Assembly: GCF_009914755.1 (NCBI RefSeq)
Contig: NC_060926.1
DNA length: 64,000 nt
Direction: 5' to 3' (one strand)
From: the human T2T-CHM13v2.0 reference genome, Homo sapiens
Each line of letters opens with the position of its first letter. Positions within the stretch are counted from its first letter, which is position 1. Positions 16,400-32,000 of the stretch are shown here, piece by piece. The notes beneath the pieces were generated by a model. That model ran no database searches. It was not told the DNA's origin and worked only from the letters and a program-made list of their open reading frames with translations. Position numbers and translations under genes: made by a program.

Positions 16400-17504
16400 T
16401 TATAATGTTTAAAACAGGCCGTGATGCAGTGGTTTTACAAAATGATCATAAAATCATCGCAAACACAGAGCAGCTTCAGGGAGAAAAATCTCCAATAACC
16501 TTTATGTAGTTTTTTAAAGTTTGTTTTAACCTGACAATGAAACATGTTGAAAGGGCGATACTTAACAGAGCTGCCTGATTGCTGCTTGGATTGCATAGTG
16601 AGGTAAGCTTGGCCCCAAGAGAAAAGAATTTTCAACATAAATATATGAACAAGAGAGATCTAGTATTATGTTTGAAGTGTTTCCTTGAGTCACATGACAT
16701 GTCCTTATCAGAAAATAATGCAACTGGCTCCAAATAAGCAGACCAGACTTTTTGTTTCCAGCTCCCCAGGCTTGGAACTAGTGTTTGCACCAACTCATCT
16801 ATAACTCACCCATCTGCCCTGTGGCTGAGACGCTGTGTTGTGACACACTGGTCAGGTTCACAGCCATGAGACATGGATAACTGAAACTATGTGGAAGTCC
16901 AATGCAAGGAATAGGTTTCAGTAATTCCATGATCTAGCCATTAACAATGGGCTTTGTCTCATATATAGCTCAGGCATTCTGAAACTGCCTTCCTACATCT
17001 CAGGAATTGAATTCATGGAGAACTTTTAACCTTTTGCAGGACACAAACTGAAGGTCTATCCTATGTTTGTTACCATTTTTAAAACACTACACTGTCTCTT
17101 TTATTGACAATAAAAGATAATGTCTTTCATGGTGGAAGAAATATGCTACTGAAATTTTTTACAAGAAATAAGGAACCTCACTCCACAAACCAAAAGAAGT
17201 GGGGAAAAGACGATAATAAGAGGTTGTAAATCCTATTCTCTTTTTTACTTGATGGATTTGGTAGCAACTGAGAATAACACCATCTTACCAAATCTACAAC
17301 ACATAAAGTAAGAGTTGCTATTCAGTTGGTAGCTATTTTATAAAAATCAAAGCATGGCACGTAGTAAGTACTCAATAAATACCAGATAAATTAAAGAATA
17401 AACAAAATTACATTTTGGACAACTGTATTATTTTGGCCATTTGGGTTTTTCTTTTCACTGGGAGTTAATCTCTAGAATAATGCTCTATAACTTTTCAACA
17501 CTAA

Positions 17505-17802
<298 letters not shown>

Positions 17803-17929
17803 TGACCAAATAGAAATCTTATCAGACTTTATAAAGAACATGTAGCACAGTACCTGAATAAAGTGTGTTTAATTAAAAAGGTGTTCAATAAAAATGTGTG
17901 AAATAGCATTTTGAATCATGCTGGCATTT

Positions 17930-20530
17930 CTTTATTATTTTTTAATTGACAAAACTTACATATATTTATGGTATACAACATGATGGTTTGAAGTATGTAT
18001 AAATTGTGGAATGGCTAAATCAAGATAATTAACATGCATTACCTCACATACTTATATTGTGTGTGTGTGTGTGATGAGAACACTTAAAAATCTATTCTTA
18101 GCAATTTTCAAGTATGCAATGTGATGTTATTAACCATAGTCACCATGTTAACAACACATTTCTTGAATTTATAAACTGCCTCTTAAATGTGAATAAGGAA
18201 GGGTTTCTTTTAGATCACCATGAACTAAATTAAAACAACTACAATTAGATAATTAATGTCATTATTTTTAAAATATCTCAAACTACCCCTGTTTAACTGA
18301 AATTTTGAATCCTTTGACCAACGTCTCCCCAGTTCTCGCCTGCCCCCTCCCACCTCAAAGTCCCTGGTAACCACTGTTCTGCTCTCTGCTTCTGTGAGTT
18401 CAACTCTGTCAGTGAGATCATGGGGTATTTTTCTGTGCCTGGCTTATTTCACTTAACATAATGTCCTCCAGGTTCATCGTGTTGCTGCAAATAACAGTAT
18501 TTTCTTCTTTTTAAAGGCTGAATAGTATTCTATTGAATATGGCATGTAAATTTACACACACATTTTCTTCATTCACTTGTCTGTTAATGGGTGCTTAGGT
18601 TGATTCCATACCTTGGCTATTGTGAATAATGTTGCAGTGAATATAAGAGTACAGTTTTCTCTTGACATAGTGATTTCATTTCCTTTGGATATATACCCAG
18701 TAGTGGGGATGCTGGATCATATGGTAGTTCTGTTTTCCATTTTTTGATGAATCTCCATACTCTTTGGCTGTACTGATTTACTTTCCCACCAAAAGCGATC
18801 CGTGTAACAGTGTTTCATTTTCCCCATATGCTTGCCAACACTTGATATCTTTCTTCTTTTTATAATGGCCATTCTTACAGGTATAAGATGATATCTCATT
18901 GTGGTTTTGACTTGTGTTTCCTTGATGATTAGTGATGTGTGACATCTTTTCACATGCCTGTTGTATGTTTCTTTTTGTACGTTTCTATTTGTATGTTTTC
19001 TTCTGAGAAATGTCTATTCAGGTCTTTTGACCACTTTTTAATCAGGTTGTTTTCTTGTCATTGAGTTGTTTGTGTTTCTTATATGTATTGGATATTAACC
19101 CCTTATCAGATGTATGGGTTACAAATATTTTCTCTCATTCTATAAATTGCCTCTTCACTCTGTTGATTGCTTCCTTTTTGAAGCTTTTTAGTTTGATGTA
19201 ATCCCATCTGTCTATTTTTGCTTTTGTTACCTGTCCTTTTGGGGTTGTGTCAAAAAAATCATTGCCTAGACCAATGTCATAGAGCTTCTTCCCTATGCTT
19301 TCTTCTAGTAGTTTTTCAGTTTTATATCCTACATTTAAAACTTTAATCCATTTTGAGTTGATATTTGTGTATAGTGTGAGGTAAGGATCAAATTTCATTC
19401 TTCTGCATGTGGATATCCAGTTTCCCCAACATCGTTTATTGAAGAGACTGCCCTTTCCTCATGGTGTGTTGTTGGTCTCTTTATTGAAAATCAATGGACT
19501 ATAAATGCATGGACTTCTTTCTGGGCTCTCCATTCTTTTTCACTGGTCTATGTGTCTGTTTCTATGCCAGTACCATGCTGTTTTTATTACTATAGTAATC
19601 AAATAATCTAATAATGATCTATTACTTTGTAGTAGATTTTGAGATCAGGTAACGTGATGCCTCCAGCTTTGTTCTTCTTGTTCAGGATTTTTGCTATTCA
19701 AGGTCTTTTGTGGTTGCTAAGAAGTGGCAAGAATGGGCATTTTTGTCTTGTTCCTGATCTTAGGGGGAAAAGCTTTCAAATTCTCACCCTTGAGTATGAT
19801 TTAGCTGTGGGCTTGTCATATGTTACCTTTATTGTATTGAGGTACATTCTTTTTATACCTAATTTGTTGAGAGTTTCTGTCAGGAAAGGATATTGAATTT
19901 TGTTAAATGCTTTTTCAGCATCTATTGAGATAACCATATGGTTTTTGTCTTTCATTCTGTTAATGTGGTATATTACATTTATTGACATGCCTATGTTGAA
20001 CCATCCTTACATCCTAGGGATAAATCTCACTTGATCATGGTGAATGATTCTTTTAATGTGCTATTCAATTTGGTTTACTAGTATTTTTGTTGAGCATTTT
20101 CACGTCCATGTTTATCATGGATATTGGCCTTTGATTTTCTTGTAGTATCCTTTTCTGGCTTTGGTATCAAGGTAATATTGGCCTTGTAAAATGAGTGTGA
20201 AGTATTCCCTCCGCTTTAATTTTGTGGAAGAATTTGAGGAGGACTGGTACTAGTTTTTCTTTAAATGTCTGGTAAAATTCAGCAATGAAGCTATCAGGTC
20301 CTGGGCTTTTCTTTCATGGGAGACTTTTTATTACTGATTCAATCTCCTTACTCATTATTGGTATGTTCAGATTTATTTCTCTTTATTTCTCCGTGATTCA
20401 ACCTTGGCAGGTTGTATTTTTATAGGAATTTATCCATTTCTTCTAGGTCATCCAATTTGTTGGCGTTTGTTTTTAGTAATCTCTTATGATCTTCTGTATT
20501 TCTGTGGTATCAGTTGTAATGTCTCATGTA
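17930..20530 (-). mobile_element. LINE-1 (L1MA-like) 3' UTR and ORF2 fragments
   Basis: Minus-strand ORFs with L1 ORF2p motifs ([20 protein letters not shown]; [16 protein letters not shown]; [20 protein letters not shown]). Confidence 0.9.
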
Positions 20531-20813
20531 GGCTTTTCTTTAATGACAGCAAACAGCATTATAGACTGATATGAGGTATAATATTTATACATACATACCA
20601 TCAGAGTTTGAAATAAATATCTACCCTGAGCTGGCTTTCTAAAAATTGCCAACTGCAACATCTTTAAAAACATACTGCTAAAGGCTTGGGACTTCTTATA
20701 GTACCTAAATTACCAACCTAAATTACTCTGCTTAGCTCCCTCTTGAACAAGTACTTCCTCTGGAGGCCACAGACCAAGGTGGGTCTGCCGCTTTGCACAA
20801 ACTGAGAGACTCA

Positions 20814-20993
<180 letters not shown>

Positions 20994-21900
20994 CTAAAAA
21001 TCAAAAAGAAGAAAAGAAAATGTGAAGTCCAAGAAATTAGGTAAGTCAGTCTGTCATTCAGATTCATTTAACATGTGGCATGGGTTTAATACAATATTAG
21101 ATTCTCACTGTAACATCATTGACAGGAGGAAGAAATCTGGTCCAAATTTGGTCTATGGTAAGCTTCATCCAGGGTTGTCTGGTTGTTGATATATCAAAAT
21201 GACCCTACTAAAAGTAAGAACCTCCTCAAAGAATAAATTCCAAATAGGACATTCTGTAAGACTAAAGTGTTTCAGTCATTATACTAATAAAGTGTTAAGT
21301 TAGACCATGTCATAGTTCATTGCTATTAGCCAATGGCCATTGCATAATTTATAGACAAACGCCAGAGACACATGCAGATATCATGATTGGGTATAATATA
21401 TGACATATAACATATAAAGTATAGGCATGATGTTGAAAGACGATTTCAGATGATTCCAGAAAAGAAAGTCCATTTTCACTCAGTTGGAGACGCTCAACTA
21501 TGTAGTTTTGATTTTTACAAAAGGAAATGAAAAGACATCTGTACTTAACAGTAGACACATTACTTTTTCTAAAACTGACTTGGATTGAGTCCTAGTCAAA
21601 ATGAACCCCCAAAGAAAACCCTGGCACAGATTAATAAATAAGAAGAGGAAAAAACACATATTGCGGAAGATCAACTAGCTCAGAAATATAAAAATATATA
21701 TAATACCCAGATTAAGGGAGTTTATCTTCCAGTAGTTTTTCCAAACTTTTAGCAGCAAAACTCTTATCAAAATCTTAGATGGAATTCTAAGATGTAAATT
21801 AAGTAAGTATTCATAGTAGTTTTTAAAAACAATATATTAATTTCATCAGTGTACATTTTATAAAACATGTGAATTAAACATGTAACAGTAAGGAAAGTGA

Positions 21901-22134
<234 letters not shown>

Positions 22135-23344
22135 GAAGCTGTTTTTATTAACATTAAAATTTACATTTGAGCCTAGTGAAGTTGCTTGTATAGTTTGTTG
22201 TATAGTTGCTTGTAGAAGTTTGTTGTATAAGGACAAGCATACACAGACTTGAAAGCAAGACAAGACATGTGCAGACCTACAACATTCCAAATCAGTGACG
22301 AGTTTATGAGAAGCTAGAAATGGGTACTGAGATGACTAGAGAAACTAAGCGTTAGAGCTGTTTAAAACCAAGTGAACTGGGCTATATGTTAACCTCCAAC
22401 ATGTTGAAATGTGGCCTATGATCCACGTGAGTGTGTATATTACTTTATCACAGGTTTGAAGAAAGAGATTAGTGTATTCAGAAAAAAATGAAAAAATGTT
22501 TGCAAAACCCCTGAAGCTCTTCTGTGGAAGTTGAGGGTTCTCTGGAGTATAGTTGGAAAGTGGTTAGTAGGAAAGACTGCCGTAAAACTTGAATGATATA
22601 GTGGATTGAAAAACATATACATCTCTCTTTAGCAATTGATTCTGTGCCCGACACGGCTTAAATGCATAACGTGGATTATTCCCTGAATCATCATAATGTT
22701 TTTGGGAGGTATTATCCCTATTTTAAAGACAAGGAAACTGAGGTTTTCAGGGGTTAAATGGATTTTTCCTGAGTCACACAACCTGTTAGCGGTACAGCCA
22801 AGTGGTGACCTAATGAAATGGAGCGAGCTCTTTGCTATTGTCACTTTAAACCATTTTCTATTTTATCTGGGAAATGTTTGAATAATGTAGACACTGTGAG
22901 AATATTTTGCTATTGAGCAATAGGAAGTTGGTACCTATTGCTCAACGATGTGTGAGGGTGTATGCAGTTTTTCAGTTAAATTCTATTCTCATTTATAGCA
23001 CAGTTTTAGTATGCCTGATTCCATAACGTGCTATCTAATGTGGCTGCTCTAATAATAATTTCTCAGTCCTTGGGAGTGTTTTTAGCTGATGTGACCCGAA
23101 ATTCCTATTCCTATATGTTGTCCAGGCCTCAATTCCTGGGGAACCGAGACAGTGACTGGGATAACTCTTGGAATGGGTCAGATCACCTCTCTCTGAAAGA
23201 GGTTATCTGAAAGATAAGATGAAATGGAGAACACAGTTGTGATTGCAGAAATCCTTCTTGTGTGCTTGTTAATGCTCTTTGTCTGTTGTGCCTTTTCAGG
23301 GAAGTGCCCAAGCTTGGGAGGACATGGAGAACAATAGGCATATT

Positions 23345-23570
23345 GGAGAGTGAGTGGGGTTTGGAGTCAGAGCCCCTTAGACTTGAATCCTACTCTGCCA
23401 GCTGTGCAGTCCCAGACAAATCCCCTTACCTTTCTGAGCCTAGTTTCTTATATTTAAAATGATGTTAGTGCTCACTTTATAAGATTGTTGTAAAGATTAG
23501 AGATAATGACTATTAAGCTCCTAGTAGTGCCTAGAGAAACAGTGAATGCTCAATAAATGTAATTGCTGTT
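23345..23570 (+). mobile_element. MIR SINE
   Basis: ttggagtcaga...ttgaatcctactctgcca...tctgagcctagtttcttatatttaaaatg MIR core. Confidence 0.7.
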
Positions 23571-23715
23571 AATAAAACAATATTTACCTATTAAAACATC
23601 ATTAATCCCTATTCGATGAAATGTCATTTGACACTGGGGAGTAATCTAACAAACTACATGAAGATAGTGATAATTATGTTGCTAACTGTACTCAGGAAAA
23701 GGGACTCAAGCTTCA

Positions 23716-23991
<276 letters not shown>

Positions 23992-24449
23992 TCATTCAAA
24001 TATCTTGCTGAAAGTCTCAGTCTTTCCCTTTTAAACATTCCCATCTCTCTATCCCTATCACCCTTGGATAGCATTAACAGCCTCTCAGATCTTGGAAAAT
24101 TTGCTGCACCTTGGGATGTTATCAAGCCTCTTTCCTGATAGCCAATCAATTTTGTTCTTAATCTAGGTTTCCCAGCTGGTACTCAGTGTTGATAAAGGCT
24201 TTTGGAAACCATCTTATTTGTCTTTTTCTTTTACATAGCTAATATCCTTGCTCTGTCTTGCAAAGCTTTTCTTTCTTCATGCCTGCTGAATCCTTTCAGC
24301 CTCAAGGTTCTAGTCACATACCTTCTCGTGCATCAATCTTGTATAATCCCCCAAGAAGAAGTAACACCTTTCTCCCTGTGTTTCCGTAACACTGTAATTA
24401 ATCCTTGTGCATTTGTATGTGTGTGGAATTATTGCATTCTGCATATAGG

Positions 24450-24680
24450 CAGTATAGAGTAGTGGTGAAGAGTGCAGATTCTGGAGCCAGACTAGGAATT
24501 TGAATACAGACTCTTGTTGGGCAAGTTACTTAACCTTTTTGTGGCTCAATTTTCTTGTCTGTAAAATAAGAACAATAATAGAACCTACCCCAATGGGTAA
24601 TAATGAGGATTAAAGTAGCGAATATATGTAAAGCCTATAGGACAGCGCCTATCATATAATAAACAATATGTGTTAGTTCT
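24450..24680 (+). mobile_element. MIR SINE
   Basis: agtggtgaagagtgcagattctggagccagact...gggcaagttacttaacc...tgtaaaataagaacaataatagaacctacc. Confidence 0.75.
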
Positions 24681-25415
24681 GATTATTTGCTTGCATTTCT
24701 TATTTCCCCTACGAGGCTGTAAGTTCCTCAAGAGCACAAGTGCAAGGCAATTGCTCCAGAATATTTATTGAATATAATTATATTAAATTCATATTCCTGA
24801 GAACATTTCCTTAATCTCTTGTCCAGTTGGAGTGAAGAGAGCTTGGAACTAAACAGCAAGAAAGAACCTAAGACATCACCCAGGTATTAGGCCATTGTGT
24901 TCCAGCAGGGTTAGATAACTGCTCAAGGTCACAGTAAGGAGCAGAGTAAGTGCTGGAAGTCAGGGGTCCTGAATTTCAGTGTGCTTTATCTACACTGTAG
25001 AGTGACTGTCTTTCAGGGGACCTCAAAATTCAGTTCAATAGGGTTCGACCAATTCTAATTCCTCTCATTTAGAATTCCTGGGTGGCTGTTAATGACCTAA
25101 ACTAGGTGTAAACTGGATTTAAATCCAGTTACACCTGGACAGCTAAATAACCTTTTTAACTGTCTTCTATAATATTTCCTTTCTAATATTTTAATTAAGG
25201 TCTACACACCAAATTGCAGTACCTTGGGTTTCAATTTTTAATGTCCATATTTGACAGTGTATTACTTATGAAAAAGCCATGCCACATATGAAAGCCCAAT
25301 TTAAGAGATGAAACATAGGAAAACTGAAAATATTTTTAAATTTTTATTTAATTTAGAAACAAGGGTTTTATTATCCAAAAATCACACACTAAAATACTGT
25401 TTTACCAGCTACTTA

Positions 25416-25628
<213 letters not shown>

Positions 25629-26684
25629 TCAATACAACAGTTGAGAAAAGGGGGAAAGTAATTCAGAAAATGCCTCTTCTTGGGAACTAAGATGTGAGCT
25701 CTGTCATCTGCTGCTAAAAGTGGAGGTAAACAGAACCTTCAGCAGGGTAGCCTGAGATTTGGGTTTGAATCCAGCTCTGACACTTAAGCAGGCCCATGTC
25801 TTCTGGACTTTACCCTACAGAGCTTCACTTTCCCCATGTGTGAAAGAAGGCTCACAGCACCAAAAATAAGGCATTATTGTTCTTAAATAACTATTTTTAA
25901 TGCCATTTCTGAGTGAATTTCCTCCCGGAAAGACCTGCCTAGAAGCATTCATGCATAGTTTTCAGGCAATAATTTTCAAGAAATGTAAAACAAAAATTAT
26001 GACATCAGCAAAAATCTAATCTGCTGATAGATTTTCCCTAACTAAAAAAAAAAAAAAAAAAAAAAAAGCCTGTCATTAAAATTCCCAATGCCTAAATGGG
26101 AAAAAATGATTCATTTCTCTTTACAAACAGCACTGTGTGGAATTCTTGAATGAATGGGAAGGAATTCATTATTTTTCTACAAAAGAAGGCAAAAGATAAA
26201 ATATTTTTCTTTCTTAATAAGAGTTAAGTACCTCCAAGCCCTTCCAACACTTAAATCTAAAATATGCTCTAGATTCAGCCTTTCAGAATTTGGGTTGGAA
26301 TGCAGTTTGTTGAGACTTTAGCAATGCGAGAAAAAGAAAGTAAATTTTGCTTTCCTCTATCTCCCCCTGCCCCACATTCTTCAAGCTACTCAACTGCCCC
26401 CTACAAACACACCTGCAAATGTCCATTTCTGGATATAGAAGAGAGGATGAAGTAGGGAAAGGCAGGGGGAGGACAGGACATTACAACTACGAGTCTATTA
26501 TGCATCTCTCTGGACAGCCACTTGTATCCTCCTAAGTTTCCATCTGAGAGAAGAATCCCTCTCCATTCTCTCATGTCCTCTGGAAACAGACTGTAGTTCT
26601 TAGGGCTTCTGATTAGCTTAAAGAGTGGCAACACATTGCATCTCATTGTAGTGTCTTTGAGGTCAGATATTGATCTATAAATTA

Positions 26685-26792
<108 letters not shown>

Positions 26793-28334
26793 TCAAAAGA
26801 GGGAAAAGAATGTTCAGACTTGCAAGTAGGATCAAGCCACCAGAGATTACATTTGTGGATATAGAGGGATTTAAAAAATATATATATTTTAAATATATAT
26901 ATAATATATAATAAATATACTATATATAGTATATTTCTATTAGACATGAGTAAGACATTTTATCTATGCAAAATTATAATAAATCCAACCAAATTTCTAA
27001 ACAGACCTCATGGTACCAATCACAGAAAATATGCATATCCCCTTCATTTTTATAGGCAGAGATGCTAGGACTATGAAATAATTAATTAGCAGTTGTTGGA
27101 AGCCAGGGTACCCTAAATGGCAGCCCAGGGCTTGGTCCACTTTAGTCTCTTCCATGCATACTCATCATGCAGTGATAGAGCAATCACAGGTAAGAAAGAT
27201 TTTCAAAAGCCAGACAGGCTGTCTGAAAAGAAACTGATAGAACGATGTGTGCTGTAAATCAGGAGGCTTACTGTTACCTCTTCTAGGAATGCTAGCCAGC
27301 TTTTCAACTTCTCTATCTCAGAGTGACACTGAAAAATGTGCCTGTTATCTTCCCATGGGAGAGAAAAGCATTTTATTAGCCCTGTCTTTTTGCTGACTAC
27401 AGCCTAAGTTCATTCACCAGGACAATTTCTAAGGTTGAAGCCAAAGACACTTGTGGGAAATAGCAAGAAGAAAAATAGCAAAGAAAAATACTTTGGCATT
27501 TTTCCCAGCAGCACTACCATGTTGCTGCACAGGGTTTGGGATTGGCAGTGCCAGGGAGTGGAGGAAAAAAAAATTCTGAAATTGCTTTTATGAATGAAGG
27601 CATTCCATAATTAGAAAATTAACATATTGGTTGATGACAGTTATGATCTTCAGGGACAAGTTAAATGGTATAGAGTCTACTTTAGAGAATCAGCAAGCAG
27701 CCTCTTCAGCATGGGTTCTTCATCCTACATCCTTTCCGCTCTCTGTCAGCCTTCTTTTTGTGGCTTGAGCTTGATTTTTTTTCTCTATTGAACTCAGGTC
27801 AAGCATTGCAACATAATTCATTTAATACAGAATAAACTGCACTATTAGTCAATATCTTTATTGAATATATTTATATTGAGTACATTTATGCTTGTCTTGC
27901 TAGTAGATTGCAAGCTACTCAAGGTCAAGGGCTGGGCTTACACTGCTTGGTCACTCTGCCTGAAATCAATAAATGTTTCCTGATTTTGCTTTGACTTTCA
28001 AAATACTAATTAGGAAGGGAAATAACTGCTGTGGTCAACCCTTCTGACAACCTCAAAACCAGCTAAGGTCTCTTGTGCTCACCACATTCCCAGTCTTTCA
28101 TGATGACTAAGAAGAACCCTGAGATGAACAAGAACTAGAAAATCATAAACTTATCGATGAATATCCACAATCAGAGGCTCTTATAAAAGCTAAATATCTC
28201 TGAACAGAGAGTATACTATATTATTATAAGTAAAAGCTTTCTAAGGTATACATGAGTCAATTCTCTTCATTTTCAGCTTGTTTTGGGGTGTCCCAAACCA
28301 GAAAACTATAAGCATTTGTCCAAACATTTTACTT

Positions 28335-28680
28335 AGAGAATAGTAGTTAACAGAGGCTGGGAAGAGCAGTGGAGGGGGAGGGATGGGGAGAGGTTGGTCA
28401 ACAGGTACAAAGTTACTGTTCAGGAATAAGTTCTGGTACTACATTGCATAGTAGGTGACTATAATAGTTAACAATAATACATTGACTATTTCAAAAGAGC
28501 TAGAAGAGAGGATTTTGAATGTCCTCACCACAACGACATGATAAATGTCTTAGGTGATGGAAATGCTAATTATTCGATTTGATCATTACACATTGTATAC
28601 ATGCATCAAAACATCACACTATATCCCATAAATATGTATACTTATGTGACAATTAAAATGATAATAATAAATAACTTAAA
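28335..28680 (+). mobile_element. LINE-1 3' UTR fragment (L1MA/L1MB-like)
   Basis: gagaggttggtcaacaggtacaaagttac...gatcattacacattgtatacatg L1M 3' end. Confidence 0.8.
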
Positions 28681-29419
28681 TTTCCTGTGGTGTCTTTATT
28701 CTACAAGCACTGTAAGCGGAAGTGATGAAGCGACTGTCATTAAAAATGCCAGTTTACAAACATATGTGGATTAAGGGTGTTGGGCACTGGCCCAGCTCTG
28801 GGATTTTCTGGAACAAAGGTCAAGATAATTCTATCACTGCTGGATGGTGCAGATAAAGATATATGCAGTTTATCACTCTCTTCACTCCTGCGGTGTCTCT
28901 GAAATGAGTGGTTAACTCATTTTTATTTTATTCTGGGAAGAAGAGGTGATTAAGGCTTTAGAGAACTTGATAATATTTCTGGAACAACAGAAAAAACCTA
29001 TCAGAAAAACTGACAGGAAGGAAAAGAGCAGGCCTGGCTTTGCTCCCTTGACTGCATACCAAGGTCTTTATTGCCTGAATGTTGGGAACACTTGTCATCA
29101 TAAAACCCCAGGAAGGATTCTATAAAGTGTGCAGGTGATTTGGACCACAGAATGGCATTTTTTTAACAGCAAAAACAGACCTGAATCTACTTGAATGAAT
29201 TAAGATTCCCCATTTGTTGAATAGCAAAGAAGGGAGAGAGATGACATTAGAGGAAAAAAGATAAAGAGACGTTTTACAAATTATTATGACATGAGGACTT
29301 ATTTTGCTTTTTTGTTTCTTTTTACCTTGTTTTGGAAACTTTTTACCTTTTTTTTTTTCATTTTACCTTGTTTTGTCATTCAATTTACACATCAAGCTTA
29401 CAGATTTACTAAAGCCATA

Positions 29420-32000
29420 TCTTGCAAATATCTTGCAAAACTGTAGTACAATATCACACCCAGGATATTGACAGTGATATAATCAAGATCAGAACATTCT
29501 CATCATCTCAAGACTCCCTCATATTGTCCTTTTATATCTCCACATGCTTCTATCCAATCCCCATATCCTCCTTAGCCCCAGCTACAACCAGTCTGTTTTC
29601 TTTTGCTGTAATTTTGTCATTTCAAGAATGTCATATAAATGGATCTCACAGTGTAGAACCTTTTGGGGTTGGCTTTTTTCCACTTAGCATAATTCTTTCA
29701 AGTTTCATCATTAACAGTTCATTCCTATTTATTAAGGAGGATTCCATATAATATAGATAGATGGATCACAGTTTGTTTAACCACTCATCCTTTGGAGGAT
29801 ATCTGGGCTGTTTCCAATTTTTATCTATTACAAATTAAGCAGCTATCAACATTTGTGTATAGGTTTTTATGTGAGCATAAGTTTTCATTTCTCTGGAATA
29901 AATCCCCAAGAGTAGAAATGCTGAGTCATATGGTAGTTGAGTGTTTAGAATTTTTTTAATTACTAAACTGTTTTCCAGGATAGCTATGACATGGTTTGAA
30001 TGGCATGAGTGATGGTAGAGTGATCCAATTCTTCCACATCTTCATCAACATTTAGGGTTATCACTATTTTTAATTTTAGCCATTCCAATAAGTCTATAGT
30101 AATATCTCATTTTGATTTAATTTGCATTTCTCTATTGATGTTGTTTAACATATTTCATGTGCTCATTTGCCATCTTTTGTCCTTACTCATGTCTTTTTCC
30201 CATCTTTGAACTGAAATTTGCTATTGTTATTTTAACACTGAGTTTTGAGAATTTTTTATATATTCGGGATCCTAGTCCTTTTTTGGATATACAAGTTGCA
30301 AATATGTTCTCCCAGTCAGTAGCTTGTCTTTTCATTCTCTTAACAGGATCTTTTACAAAGTTTTTAATTTTATTGAAGTCCAATTTATCAAATTTTCCCT
30401 TTATGAATTGTGCTTTTGGTGTCATCTACATGCTCTGTCCAGCCCTAGAACATGAAAATGGTCTCTTCCATATTTTTCTAAAAGTTTAGTTTTATTTGTT
30501 ACATATAAGTCCATGATTCATTTAAGAAAATTTTTGTGTAATTTCATTTTTTTGCCCTATGGATGTCCAGCTGCTCCACAGCCATTTGATAAAAAGCTTA
30601 TCTTTCCCCCACTGAATTGTTTTTCCACTTTTGTCAAAAATCAATTGGACATATTTGTGTGGGTCTATTTCTGAGTTCTCCATTCTGTTCCATTGGTCTA
30701 TATATCTGTCCTCTGTCAATGCCACACAGCCTTGACTGCATTAGCTATATAATATGTCTTGAAATTGGGTAGATTGATTCTTCTCACTTTATTATTCTTT
30801 TTCAAAATTATTTTAGCTATTCCAGTTTTTTTACATTTTCATAAACATTTTAGGGTAATCTTTTCTATATCTACAAAAAATCTTGCTTATATTTTGATAT
30901 ATTAGGGCTTAAATATGTCATTTTCTTTCTTGTTTTCTATTTGTTCTCTCTGTTATTTCTGTGTTTGCTTTCTCTTACCTTCCTATGGGCTGCTTGAATA
31001 TTTTTTTAGAATTCAATTTTGATTTATCTATAGCGTTTTTAAGTGTCTCTCTTTGTATAGCTTTTTAAGTGGTTGCTCTAGGAAATACATTATAGATACA
31101 TCACTTTTCACAGTCTACTAGTGCTGTCATTTTACCAATTCAAGTGAAATATATAAAGATTACCTCCCATTACATACCTCTACTCACCTTCGTTAATAAG
31201 TGTCTTATCTATTTCCAAATTAAACACACATCAGACAGTGTCAGAGTAGGATCATATCACAGTGTTAGAGTTTCTACCATAAAACATAATTCAGAAAGCT
31301 TAAGAGAAGGAAGGTCTATTGCATTTACTCATAGTTTTGTTACTACGCACTCCCTTCCTGATGTCTAGGACTTCTTTTATTATTTCCTTTCTGCTTAAAG
31401 AACATTCCTTAGCCATTCTTTTGGGGTAAGTCAGCTGGCAACAAATTCTCTTGATTTATTTCATCTGAAAATGTCTTGATTTCCCCTTCCATGGCGGTGG
31501 TGGTAATGTTTTGACTCTGTCACCCCAACCCAGCAGGTAAGGGGAGAGGTGCCTTACTATAGTGGGGATGAGTCAGGCCTCCCACATATTCTCCATTGAC
31601 ACCATGGGGGTGAGTGAGGGGGTGGCACAAGAGGGGCTTATTACCACCTAGCAAGTGTGGAAGAGTCTATGCTCCCAAATCAACATTCGCTGGCATGGGT
31701 GAGAGTGAGGTCACCGTTTTCTTCTGTGGTGTTTGGCTAGAGTAGAGCAATTATTGCTTAGAAGTTTTCTACTAGGCTTTCTCTTTCTGACCCACTATCT
31801 AGAAAAAGCAGGATTTTGTTGAGTCTTTTTGGTCTGCACTCATTGGGGTTTCCAGTTTGCCAGCTTTTCTAACACTTAATCTAGTACATATCAGGCATAA
31901 GATACCCAGGGAACTTATCAACATGTTATTACTTGGCTCCTGAGGGCTCTAGCCAGTTGACTTTTTCCCCCCACTTTTCAGGATGTTATGTTTGTTTTAC
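29420..32000 (-). mobile_element. Old LINE-1 (L1MC/L1MD-like) fragments
   Basis: ORF2-like translations (DRYIDQWNRMENSEIDPHKYVQLIFDK; KRQATDWENIFA) and an L1M 3' UTR. Confidence 0.8.

Noticed and set aside
18717-19988. ORFs resembling reverse-transcriptase protein (also 30183-30725, 33719-34318, 37202-39595)
   Set aside because: Fragmented LINE-1 ORF1/ORF2 fossils with stops and frameshifts; no intact retroelement or domesticated gene
26870-26940. AT palindromes near exon 6 (and similar at ~33460-33540, 7080-7260)
   Set aside because: Short (AT)n low-complexity sequence where self-complementarity is expected
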